DNA of 64,000 nucleotides from NCBI GenBank assembly GCA_963667015.2, contig CAXXJJ010000004.1, positions 2,176,001 through 2,240,000 on the forward strand, read 5' to 3'. Under the pieces are notes generated by a model. It was not told the origin of the DNA. It did no database searches and saw only the letters and a list, made by a program, of their open reading frames with translations. How positions within the stretch are numbered: position 1 is the stretch's first letter; every line of letters starts with the position of its first letter. Made by a program: the position numbers and the translations under genes. Below are positions 19,308 through 28,518 of the stretch, one piece after another. This DNA comes from Desulfatiglandales bacterium (lineage in GTDB: Bacteria > Desulfobacterota > DSM-4660 > Desulfatiglandales > HGW-15).

Positions 19308-19524
19308 TGTTCTCACTCCATATAGCAAATGATTAAAATGAACCTCATTAAGAACCCGATACAGTGGTTTAATCCTTTTAAACTTTTTATTCTCTTATCA
19401 TTGGAGATCATCAAATGTATTGTTCAATTTTGCTTTCTCCTTACTTTACCCTTGACGGCTTTTAAACATCCATTTGATACTGTTCTTTACTTAAAGAGAT
19501 CGAATAACCTGTATAGTTGCATGG

Positions 19525-20373
19525 CTATTTTTCAGCACCTGTAAGTTTTTCAACCGACTGAACGACCTTCTCAAAAGCCTGAGTAAATGGCAAATTTTCA
19601 TTATTATATATAGCCATGGTTCCTGCATCACCGCTTTTTACTACTTCCGGCTCAATGGGGAGGATCCCCAGCAAATTAAGCCCCTCTCTTTCTGCTGTCA
19701 ATTCTCCGCCGTGTTTGTTGAAAAGCTCTATCGTTTTTCCGCACTTAGGGCAGACGAGGCCGCTCATGTTTTCAATTAATCCAAGGATTTCCATCTTGAC
19801 CTGGCGACAGAATCGAATAGACTTTCTGACATCTGCCAGAGAAACTTCCTGAGGAGTTGTCACGATAACAGCCTTTGCATCAGGAACCGTCTGTGCCACG
19901 GTCAGGGGCTCATCACCTGTTCCAGGCGGCGAATCAATAACCATATAGTCAAGATCCATCCACTCGACATCCGATATAAACTGTTTAATTACATTTCCCT
20001 TTAAAGGGCCTCTCCATATTGTTGCGGCGTCTTTGTCTTCCATAAGTACTTCAATTGATACCACCCCCATATTTGGAAGATATTCAACCGGCATCATCTT
20101 TCCTCCCTGCATACCTGCGCGAAGGTCACCCTTTAATCCTAACATTCGGGGTATGCTGGGGCCATGCAGATCCACATCCATAAGACCGACCTTATAACCC
20201 CTTCGAGCAAGACCTACGGCCAGATGTGCTGCTACACTGCTTTTCCCTACCCCTCCTTTTCCACTCATCACGAGAATCTTGTTTTTTATATGATGGAGCC
20301 TCTCATTGATCTCTTGATTCTGCAATTGCATCTGTGCTTTTCTTTCGTTATCTTTTGATTTGTTTTTTTCCAA
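19525..20373 (-). CDS. Mrp/NBP35 Fe-S carrier ATPase
   Basis: MSGKGGVGKS, DSPPGTGDE, ENMSGLVCPKC. Confidence 0.95.
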   Translation of the reverse strand: MEKNKSKDNERKAQMQLQNQEINERLHHIKNKILVMSGKGGVGKSSVAAHLAVGLARRGYKVGLMDVDLHGPSIPRMLGLKGDLRAGMQGGKMMPVEYLPNMGVVSIEVLMEDKDAATIWRGPLKGNVIKQFISDVEWMDLDYMVIDSPPGTGDEPLTVAQTVPDAKAVIVTTPQEVSLADVRKSIRFCRQVKMEILGLIENMSGLVCPKCGKTIELFNKHGGELTAEREGLNLLGILPIEPEVVKSGDAGTMAIYNNENLPFTQAFEKVVQSVEKLTGAEK

Positions 20374-20419
20374 TTAATTTTCCTCTCTAATTTTTTTCGG
20401 TTAAATTCTATATCCTTAA

Positions 20420-21379
20420 TTATAAACTGCTGCTTTTTCCAATTGCTTTCATCCTCGTGGCCGCATAATAAACAGTGCTGTTTTTTCGTTCTTCCATGAT
20501 TTCACCGGAACGCATCATACTGCCTATGTATTTTGAGGCCTCATTGATATGGAGGCCAAATCCTTTAGCTATATGATCTATTGTGCAGGGTCGGCGTGCC
20601 AGCATGGAAAAGATAAAATCTTTATTTTCCTTTACTGTAATACCTTTTGAAGCATTGAATTCGGCGATTACTTCGGCCTCGGGATTAAAGAAATGCTGTA
20701 ACGAAGAAAGACGCTCTATTGAAACAGCCTCAGCAAACTCTTCTGCAGGCGGCCGAACCGCCGTGTTAAGATGAATTCGATCCGGCTTGATTTCACGAGC
20801 CAATGTCGCAATTTTTCGGACATCAGAAGGTATGGAATTAATCCCCCATACAAGAAAAACCTCCATCCAGAGTTCACCATGAAATTGCTTTCGAAAATCT
20901 TTATATCCTTCTAAAAGGCGAGAAAACTCCAATTGTTTGTGAGGTCGATTTACCCAATCATAAGAAGACTGATCCCATGCACTCAGGGAGATTTTTACAA
21001 TATTGGCAGATAAAGCCGCGTCCCTCACTTCTTTAAGATATAGCAATGTTCCATTGGTAAGTAGAACTGCAGGGATGTTACTGTTAGACCTGATGTAATC
21101 AAGTATTTTCCCGAAATGTAAATGGAGTGTTGGTTCGCCTGAACCTGAAAGGGTTATAAAATCTGCACTCCCCTCTGCATTTAACCAATCATCAATTTCT
21201 GAGATAACATCATCTGTGGGAACATACTCTTTTCGGGAAACCGTTTTATTTGTCGTTCGCCCCAGCTGACAGAACACACAATCAAGACTGCATGATTTGT
21301 AAGGGGTCAAATCAACTCCCAGAGACCATCCAAACCGGCGGGAAGGCACCGGGCCGAATAGATATTTTCTGTCTTTCAT
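20420..21379 (-). CDS. Radical SAM protein (FGPVPSRRxGxSLG family)
   Basis: CSLDCVFC, GSGEPTL. Confidence 0.9.
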   Translation of the reverse strand: MKDRKYLFGPVPSRRFGWSLGVDLTPYKSCSLDCVFCQLGRTTNKTVSRKEYVPTDDVISEIDDWLNAEGSADFITLSGSGEPTLHLHFGKILDYIRSNSNIPAVLLTNGTLLYLKEVRDAALSANIVKISLSAWDQSSYDWVNRPHKQLEFSRLLEGYKDFRKQFHGELWMEVFLVWGINSIPSDVRKIATLAREIKPDRIHLNTAVRPPAEEFAEAVSIERLSSLQHFFNPEAEVIAEFNASKGITVKENKDFIFSMLARRPCTIDHIAKGFGLHINEASKYIGSMMRSGEIMEERKNSTVYYAATRMKAIGKSSSL

Positions 21380-21393
21380 AATATAACCTCTAA

Positions 21394-21750
21394 TTAAAAT
21401 AATGTGCCATTGGCTGATTCACATCCGGGCATTCGATACTCTGTTTTGTAAATATTCCCACTAATATATGCATCAAGGACATCATTAACATCTCCGGCAA
21501 TAAACGGTATTATTTTAATTCCGCGTGCCTCAATAAGGTTTGCATAAAATGCCGATATTCCACCACATACAAGAATATTAGCACCCAACTCATTGAGCAT
21601 TCCTATTCTGAGATACGGGGATTCGCATTTAATAGTCTCCAGACGCTGCTCACATATCCTGCCTTTTTCAATATCTGCTATTAGGAGCATACATGCGGCA
21701 TCAAACAGTGGGGAGATGCGATTTTCCCAAATGGTCAAAGCCACTTTCAT
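21394..21750 (-). CDS. NifB/NifX-family (Orange protein-like) cluster-binding protein
   Basis: RISPLFDAA, ILVCGGIS, YRMPGC. Confidence 0.85.
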   Translation of the reverse strand: MKVALTIWENRISPLFDAACMLLIADIEKGRICEQRLETIKCESPYLRIGMLNELGANILVCGGISAFYANLIEARGIKIIPFIAGDVNDVLDAYISGNIYKTEYRMPGCESANGTLF

Positions 21751-21782
21751 TAGATATACCCTTATTTTTTACAAACAATAAA

Positions 21783-21798
21783 AGCAAATCACATGCCT
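21783..21798 (-). promoter_or_regulatory. sigma54 promoter of the NifB/NifX-radical SAM-Mrp operon
   Basis: AGGCATGTGATTTGCT. Confidence 0.75.
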
Positions 21799-21893
21799 AA
21801 AGTTATATTAATCAGGGTTTTTTTATTAACAGCGTATTTTCAGGCAGTTAGAAATTAATAGATTAAAAGGAAAGTAGATTAAGGAGATATTTC

Positions 21894-21942
21894 ATCGCAT
21901 TATTGCGACTAAAACTTGCATTATAGTCTCATTTTTGCGACT
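21894..21942. promoter_or_regulatory. Tandem enhancer palindromes, motif A variant
   Basis: ATCGCA-TTAT-TGCGAC and GTCTCA-TTTT-TGCGAC, 32 bp apart, ~96 bp from the -24 box. Confidence 0.65.
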
Positions 21943-21965
21943 TTTTTTTATTAGTATTTCATAAC

Positions 21966-23345
21966 TCATCCAGTCAACCCGGAAAGATTTATACCAAGTT
22001 TTTTAATCTTTCGGTAAAAAGTACTTTTATGTATTCCCAGCTCTCTGGCCGCAGCTATCCTGTTGTATTTGTTTCGTTTGAGTGCATCTAAAATCACCTG
22101 CTTTTCGATAAATCGCACGGTCTTATTCATGTCAACTTCAACAATCTGCGTGGATGTATTAAATGTAAAATGCTCAGGCAGACATTTCACATCAATCTGT
22201 TCATCACTGGTAAGTACAAAGGCGTGCTCTATAATATTTTCAAGCTCTCTTATGTTACCCGGATACTCATGAAACATCAAAAGAGAGAGAGCTTCCTGGC
22301 TGATTCCCCTGACTGATTTTCCTCGTAACCTGTTAAACATTCCGATAAAATGTTTTACCAGCATAGGTATATCTTCCTTTCGATTGCGAAGGGGAGGAAG
22401 TTCCAGGCATACAACGTTAACCCTGTAAAAAAGGTCCCGCCTGAAAGTTCCGTTTTTAACAAGCTTGTTAAGATCCTTATTTGTAGCGGTGATAATTCTA
22501 ACATTAGCCTTCATTGGTTTTATTGCGCCAAGGGGTTGATAGGTCTTTTCCTGAAGTACACGCAGGAGACGAACCTGAAATGCTTCGCTAAGGTCCCCTA
22601 TTTCATCCAGTAGGATAGTACCCCCCTCCGCAACAGCAAAACTTCCTAGTTTGTTTTTTGTTGCAGTGGTAAAAGCCCCGGCCTTATACCCGAAAAGCTC
22701 GGATTCAAGTAAGGTATCGGGTAATGCTCCACAGTTAATTGCAACAAAAGGCTTATCCTTTCTGGGACTTAAGTTATGTATTGCCCTTGCCATCAGTTCC
22801 TTGCCTGTTCCCGTTTCGCCCTGAATCAGTACAGTACTATCGCTCTCTGCCACCTGTGGTAATATCCTGAATATCTTATCCATTAAAGGGCTCCGACTAA
22901 CCATGTCCCCTACCTGGTAGCGTCCTTCCAATTCTTTTTTAAGCTCCTCGACCTGGCTGATATCACGAAATGTCTCTACTCCGCCAAGCACTTCGCCTTT
23001 ATCATCTTTGAGCAATGAGGTACAAACGACCACAGGAATTCTACGTTTTTGACTATCCACAATATATGTCGAAGTATCGACAAAGGCCTTGCCCATTTTC
23101 ATGGTTCGACTCAGTGCACAATCAGTCTCACACATGTTAGATCGAAAAACTTCCCAGCAGTGCTTCTTTAATGCCTTTTCCCTGGGAATGCCCGTTATTT
23201 TTTCGGCAGCGCCATTAAAAGACGTGACACGCCATTCATGATCTACTGTGAACACTCCATCCGATATACTTTCGAGTATGATCTCCGTAACATGGCTTGG
23301 AATCTGATAATGATGATATTTTTCAGAAAAATGCTTTTCAGTCAT
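21966..23345 (-). CDS. PAS-domain sigma54-dependent activator (OrpR-like)
   Basis: CWEVFRSNMCETDC (C-x8-C-x3-C), GETGTGKE, GAFTTA variant, HTH. Confidence 0.9.
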   Translation of the reverse strand: MTEKHFSEKYHHYQIPSHVTEIILESISDGVFTVDHEWRVTSFNGAAEKITGIPREKALKKHCWEVFRSNMCETDCALSRTMKMGKAFVDTSTYIVDSQKRRIPVVVCTSLLKDDKGEVLGGVETFRDISQVEELKKELEGRYQVGDMVSRSPLMDKIFRILPQVAESDSTVLIQGETGTGKELMARAIHNLSPRKDKPFVAINCGALPDTLLESELFGYKAGAFTTATKNKLGSFAVAEGGTILLDEIGDLSEAFQVRLLRVLQEKTYQPLGAIKPMKANVRIITATNKDLNKLVKNGTFRRDLFYRVNVVCLELPPLRNRKEDIPMLVKHFIGMFNRLRGKSVRGISQEALSLLMFHEYPGNIRELENIIEHAFVLTSDEQIDVKCLPEHFTFNTSTQIVEVDMNKTVRFIEKQVILDALKRNKYNRIAAARELGIHKSTFYRKIKKLGINLSGLTG

Positions 23346-23504
23346 GGAATATAAGTTTCCTTTGCCGGCTGACGATAACAGCGTGTATCAGTTATTATAT
23401 TACTTAATAGTCACTGGGTATGCAATTTATAACCCGTCCCGATTGCATAAACCTCAAAAAAAACCAATATCAATGTTTTGGTTAAAATTATAATCCAGAT
23501 ATCT

Positions 23505-23575
23505 TATGAGCATATGCCCATATTATTTACTTGACAACATATATTTTAAGATTACATTATGAGCATAAACCCATA
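23505..23575 (+). promoter_or_regulatory. sigma70-like promoter flanked by two 18-bp palindromic operators
   Basis: TATGAGCATATGCCCATA (23505-23522), TTGACA (23531), TATGAGCATAAACCCATA (23558-23575). Confidence 0.6.
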
Positions 23576-23587
23576 ACTGAGGAAGAA

Positions 23588-23926
23588 ATGCCAAGGCCAA
23601 GGAAACCGCGTTTTGTTCAGGGACATCCCATTGTAACATCATTTATTCCGGACAGTACACCACCCTGGGGTAAAGGAATGAATATCCTCTCATTAGAGGG
23701 GCTGGAAGCTATCAAGCTAAATGATTATCAGGGGATGGACCAGGAGACAGCATCCAAAATGATGAATGTCTCCCGACAGACCTTTGGAAGGATTCTGGCC
23801 GAGGCAAGGGCTATTATAGCTGATGCACTCGTTATGGGAAAAACGCTAAGAATCGAAGGCGGCGATTTTGATATGCCGCCGAGAGGTCGGGGGCGCCATC
23901 GACGTGGTCAGGGCGGAAGGTTTTAA
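23588..23926 (+). CDS. DUF134 (UPF0251) predicted DNA-binding protein
   Basis: MPRPRKPR, EGLEAIKLND, MNVSRQTFGRIL, IEGG. Confidence 0.9.
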   Translation: MPRPRKPRFVQGHPIVTSFIPDSTPPWGKGMNILSLEGLEAIKLNDYQGMDQETASKMMNVSRQTFGRILAEARAIIADALVMGKTLRIEGGDFDMPPRGRGRHRRGQGGRF

Positions 23927-23953
23927 ATTTTATTATGGAAGGAGGTGTATCTT

Positions 23954-24322
23954 ATGCCTGGATTTGATGGAACGGGACCACAGGGCGCTGGCCCTATGAC
24001 AGGTGGTGCAAGAGGATACTGCAACCCTGGCTACAGTCGAAATTATTTAGCATATGGCCGTGGTTATGGAACAGGAAGAGGTTTTCGAGGCGGATTTGGC
24101 GGTGGCTCAGGATGGGGCAGTGGATATGGTAGAGGTTTTGGCTGGAGAGGTGCTTACCAGCCTTATGGTGCATGGTATGGACCTGATCGCTATGCAGCCC
24201 CATACACTATTAAACCTGAAGATGAACTGAATATGTTAAAAAATGAAGCCACTGCGATAAAAAATGATTTGGATGAGATAAACAGAAGGATCGAAGAGAT
24301 TGAATCACAGCATCACGAATAA
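23954..24322 (+). CDS. DUF5320-family Gly/Arg-rich protein
   Basis: MPGFDGTGPQGAGPMTGGARGYC, GRG repeats, C-terminal coiled coil. Confidence 0.85.
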   Translation: MPGFDGTGPQGAGPMTGGARGYCNPGYSRNYLAYGRGYGTGRGFRGGFGGGSGWGSGYGRGFGWRGAYQPYGAWYGPDRYAAPYTIKPEDELNMLKNEATAIKNDLDEINRRIEEIESQHHE

Positions 24323-24429
24323 ACACACATTCCAATATTATTCCCGGGGCCTGAAAAATCATGAATAATTTGAATTCATGACAGACCCCGTGGATACTAA
24401 ACCAACAGGGCAGCCCTGATGCCCACAAA

Positions 24430-24725
24430 AGGGACAAACTGCAAACATGAAAGTCGCCACATCAGCAATGGTTTTCCCGCCAAGTATCAGGGCGCTGACG
24501 GCATTTATTTCTTTTGCGGGTGCTTTAGCATCACTGATAATCTGTCCTCCGATCAACTTCCGGATATCCCTGTCAAAGACAAGTTTAAGGGTCCATGGTT
24601 TATAACCCGGAATCATACCGTGTTTGCTCCTGGAATCGACTGTAGCGGAAACAGTCTGGCAACCTTCTTTATGGGCTTGATCTTCGGTAAAGCCGGTTGC
24701 CGCTACTGTCTTTTCAAAAATATGG
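24430..24725 (-). pseudogene. C-terminal fragment of a second NADH-oxidase-like oxidoreductase
   Basis: IFEKTVAATGFTE..LKLVFD..LIGGQI dimerisation domain without the N-terminal FAD domain. Confidence 0.7.
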
Positions 24726-24785
24726 CAACCGCCGGAGTTAAGTATAAACCTCATATACTATCCCGGTTTTTAGATAACAGGATAA

Positions 24786-25112
24786 TGGAACCCTTCCATT
24801 GAACGGATAACAGGTTATACTTCAGAAAAAGCCATTGAACATGCCTTTGTTGTATGCTCCGGGAATTATATTGATATTTTTGATCTTCCAGTTGAAATAC
24901 GTAAGATGAATTATCCGCTAAATTTAGCGGATAACACACTTTCAGCCAGAGTAAAACCATTTCAAAAGGAAAAACTTACCTCTGAAGAGTTAATAAAGAT
25001 TCTGAACGACTGCAACTGGAACAAGGCAGAGGCAGGCAGGCGGATAAGCCTTAGCAGAACAGCAATATGGAAGTATATGAAAAAGTGGGATATCCCGTTA
25101 AAACCTGTATAA
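24786..25112 (+). pseudogene. Internally deleted copy of the 11746-13158 activator (HTH intact as ORF 24906-25112)
   Basis: [17 protein letters not shown] joined in frame to EHAFVVCS...WNKAEAGRR...KKWDIPLK. Confidence 0.85.
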
Positions 25113-25123
25113 TATTCAATCAG

Positions 25124-25804
25124 TTATGATGAAATATTTAAAAATGCACGACTCTTTTTTTCATCTTTTTTATCTGAAAACAGTTTTATATAAAGAGCAA
25201 CCGAACTGCGGACAGCATTTACAGCATCTTCAAAGGCAGCTGAAGCGTCGTTACCACCCTCTTCATGGCTTTTTTGAATCCATGGGATTATATCCTCTAT
25301 TTCCTGAAAATCGGCATCATCAAGTTTAGCTGTCAGCCCTGCCAGGGTTTCATGATCTTCAATGGTTTTACCTGTACCAGTTAATTTTGCCTTCACTATT
25401 TGACAGGCAAACCGTAACGATGCCTGGCATGAAGACAGATAGTCCGGCTTATCTGAAAAGATGCAGGAAACAGCAGTGTCATAGTCACACTTTGCTAGTG
25501 ATATCGAATTGTCAGGATGATTCTTTATTAAATTAAGAGCCTTCTGGCCGCGTAGATAATCCTTCAAAAGCAGGATCTGTTCTCTTGTATCCAGGCTCGA
25601 TGCAGTTTCAGAGGTTATACCCTTTACATGCCACAGGATATTTATTTCAGGTATTTTTTTCCCGTTTACCGTGTACCATCTTTCTTTTATTTTGAGATCA
25701 CTATCGATCGTCTTGTTTACCAGCCCCTGATCTTCTTTTAAAATTACCTCGTATGGCTCCTCTTTGATAATCAAAATAAAACTGTCCGGATTTTCCTGAT
25801 CCAT
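25124..25804 (-). CDS. Hypothetical protein
   Basis: 226-aa ORF with AAGGAG RBS. Confidence 0.7.
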   Translation of the reverse strand: MDQENPDSFILIIKEEPYEVILKEDQGLVNKTIDSDLKIKERWYTVNGKKIPEINILWHVKGITSETASSLDTREQILLLKDYLRGQKALNLIKNHPDNSISLAKCDYDTAVSCIFSDKPDYLSSCQASLRFACQIVKAKLTGTGKTIEDHETLAGLTAKLDDADFQEIEDIIPWIQKSHEEGGNDASAAFEDAVNAVRSSVALYIKLFSDKKDEKKSRAFLNISS

Positions 25805-25863
25805 TAATGCGACTCCTTATTATTCAAAATTTGTCGGACAGGTTATCCTATTCTTACAAAAAT

Positions 25864-27075
25864 TTAAAGAGAAGTAATGGCATCGGCCCAGGTTAAGGCC
25901 TCAAGGAAACAACCCGGAAGTTTTCCATCTACAACCTTAATGGTATTTGTTATTTCTAAATAGCCTTCCCAGTCGCCTCTTTCATAGCATTTTACGATAT
26001 CAAGATATGGCTTCAGGTTACCGTCTCCATTGATCAGGGCGGTCTTGATAGGTTCGGCGAGAGGTAATTTAGCCATAATATTTTCCATTGAATCATCCAA
26101 AAGTGCATCAATAGAGGAAAATAATCCGAGGGTAAAAAGCTCCGAAGAATTCGGGCGGGCAATAATATGGTTTGACATTAATTCACCAAACTTGGCTCTA
26201 ATAACAGAACTGCGTATTAATTCATCGGGCTTACCCTGGGACAGATTCGTCATTGCTATAAGTGAAAGGAAACTTTTTATTCCTTTTTCGCCAAGCAGAA
26301 CAATTGCCTGTTTTATGGATGATATTTCATTCATCCTTCTATAGTAGGCCGAGTTGATATACCTGAGTAATTTATAGGAAATAGAGACATCCCTTGTGAT
26401 GATTTCTTCGACTTTTGAAAATTTAAAGTCTCGCCGGTTTACCTCTGACATTATTTCAAGCATGTTAATCTGCGCCGGAGAAATATCCTTTCCGCCAACA
26501 ATTTCTGGCTTACTGAAAAAATAACCTTGGAAATACTCAAATCCCATCTTCAATGCAAACTCAAATTCCTCATTTGTTTCAACCTTCTCAGCAAGGAGTT
26601 TCTTGTTATATTTTCTTAATTTTTCTGCAAGCCTGATCATTTTTTCAGGAGGCATGGCGCGAAAGTCGAATTTTATTATATCTGAAACTGCGATAAGAGG
26701 CTCCATCCCCTTTCGGTAAAAAAAGTCATCCAGCGCTATTGTGTAGCCCAGTTTTGAAAGCTCTCTGCAGGCCTTTATTACATCTTCATCAGGATCAACA
26801 TCTTCCAGTACTTCGATAACCAGTTGTTCCTTCGGAAAAAGCCTGGGGAATTGCCCCACAAGGAGATCTCTCGTAAAATTGATAAACGCCACACCCCTTC
26901 CAATAAGACTTTCAATACCGATATTTAAAAAACTGCTTGATAAAACACCTGAAGTTGCACTATTTCCATCGACTCCTGAAAACACATTTTCCATGCTGTC
27001 TCTGAACAGGAGCTCATAACCAAATATCTTTTTTTCCTGATTGAAGATTGGTTGTCTGGCTACAAATATATCCAT
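25864..27075 (-). CDS. EAL and HDOD domain protein (YuxH-like)
   Basis: VARQPI, GYELLFR, IALDDF, LAEKVE, FQGYFF, LLRYINS. Confidence 0.9.
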   Translation of the reverse strand: MDIFVARQPIFNQEKKIFGYELLFRDSMENVFSGVDGNSATSGVLSSSFLNIGIESLIGRGVAFINFTRDLLVGQFPRLFPKEQLVIEVLEDVDPDEDVIKACRELSKLGYTIALDDFFYRKGMEPLIAVSDIIKFDFRAMPPEKMIRLAEKLRKYNKKLLAEKVETNEEFEFALKMGFEYFQGYFFSKPEIVGGKDISPAQINMLEIMSEVNRRDFKFSKVEEIITRDVSISYKLLRYINSAYYRRMNEISSIKQAIVLLGEKGIKSFLSLIAMTNLSQGKPDELIRSSVIRAKFGELMSNHIIARPNSSELFTLGLFSSIDALLDDSMENIMAKLPLAEPIKTALINGDGNLKPYLDIVKCYERGDWEGYLEITNTIKVVDGKLPGCFLEALTWADAITSL

Positions 27076-27111
27076 TGTTTTCTCTTTACAGTTATTGAAT
27101 TTAATCTAAAA

Positions 27112-27127
27112 TGCAAAAAACATACCC
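27112..27127 (-). promoter_or_regulatory. Possible sigma54 promoter of the EAL-HDOD gene
   Basis: GGGTATGTTTTTTGCA (GG-N10-GC). Confidence 0.45.
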
Positions 27128-27368
27128 TGTTTATTAAAAATACAAATTATTTACAAAATATTAACAGAGTACTTGCGGAAAACTATATCTCATTGATATA
27201 AATAAGATTTATTTTAAAGAGCAAATCGCAGATTTTTTATATCTTTGATTTAAGTAATCAATACGGGCACCCTGACGCAATTAAATGACATAATACGTCA
27301 TATTTTTATTGATTGTGAATTTAATATCAGTAAATTCCTTTAACATAATTAAAAAAGAAACAGCAGAC

Positions 27369-28385
27369 ATGAAACATTTAACAGCAAAAGAAAACTTTGT
27401 AAATTCCTTTTTAAAGGAATCCGGGCTGCCGGATAGTAACTATACATTATCCATGCTCGCAGGCGACGGGTCTGCAAGGATATTTCAGAGACTCGAACAA
27501 AAGGATTCAGGGAAGACATATGTCTTAATGGAGAATCCCCCTCAGGATGAATTTCTCAAAAAAGAAAATCTGGCATACCTGAAGATAGGAGAACACATGC
27601 TTTCCAAAGGGATCCCGCTACCCAGAATACTTAAATACGATTTGGATGCAGGTTATTTTATCATTGAAGACATGGGAGACAGAACTCTCCAGGATGAGGC
27701 ATTGAGCAGTAAAGAAAAGATCAGGATATATGAGAATATTATTGAAATCCTGCTCAGGCTCCAGGTAGTCGGGAGAGAAGATTTTGATACTTCATGGTGC
27801 TGCCAGACACCCTTTTATGATTCATCATTAATGCGGGAAAAGGAGGCTTGGTATTTCAGGGACAGCTTTTTAAGAGATTATACCGGGATTGAGACCGATT
27901 TTTCGGAACTTGACGAATCCTTTGAATATATCATTTCCATGGCAAAAAAGGCGGACACAGGATTCCTTCTCCACAGGGATTTTCAGTCGCGTAATATAAT
28001 GTGCAGGAGTGAAGGCATTGCAATCCTGGACTGGCAGGGTGCAAGACTGGGGCCGCTGGCCTATGACCTTGCCTCGCTGATTTTTGATCCCTATGTAGAC
28101 CTCTCGCATAGTGAAAGGAATCATTTGATAGAGGTGTATGCATCATTACTAAAGGCTAAAGCCCCCGGGGCTTATGATTCCTTTAAAAAGTATTTTTTAT
28201 ATATAGCGGTTATGAGAATTATGCAGGCCCTCGGGGCATATTCCTTTCTTTCCATAAAAAAAGGGAAGACATATTTTGAAAAATATATTCCTATTGCATT
28301 AAAGTCATTGATAGCATTACTTGATGAATTAGCGGACGGCAAGATCTCGCTACTTCTGGATATTGTTAAAGGTATTGAGAAGTAA
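27369..28385 (+). CDS. APH-family phosphotransferase, AmgK-like MurNAc/GlcNAc kinase
   Basis: LAGDGSAR, HRDFQSRNIM, LDWQGARLGPLAYDLASL. Confidence 0.8.
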   Translation: MKHLTAKENFVNSFLKESGLPDSNYTLSMLAGDGSARIFQRLEQKDSGKTYVLMENPPQDEFLKKENLAYLKIGEHMLSKGIPLPRILKYDLDAGYFIIEDMGDRTLQDEALSSKEKIRIYENIIEILLRLQVVGREDFDTSWCCQTPFYDSSLMREKEAWYFRDSFLRDYTGIETDFSELDESFEYIISMAKKADTGFLLHRDFQSRNIMCRSEGIAILDWQGARLGPLAYDLASLIFDPYVDLSHSERNHLIEVYASLLKAKAPGAYDSFKKYFLYIAVMRIMQALGAYSFLSIKKGKTYFEKYIPIALKSLIALLDELADGKISLLLDIVKGIEK

Positions 28386-28518
28386 AGCAGGATGTTTTAG
28401 TAGTACTAGCCTTAAAAAACGTACCCGTTAGGCAGGCATGTAATGAATTTTTAAAGGTTGTTTTAATTGGTGCGCAATATCTTGATCATGTGTCCTTGTT
28501 TAAGCTTTTGAGAGGTGC

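Noticed and set aside
1..25112. Island as a mobile element
   Set aside because: No integrase, transposase, tRNA or terminal repeats visible; only duplications and deletions.
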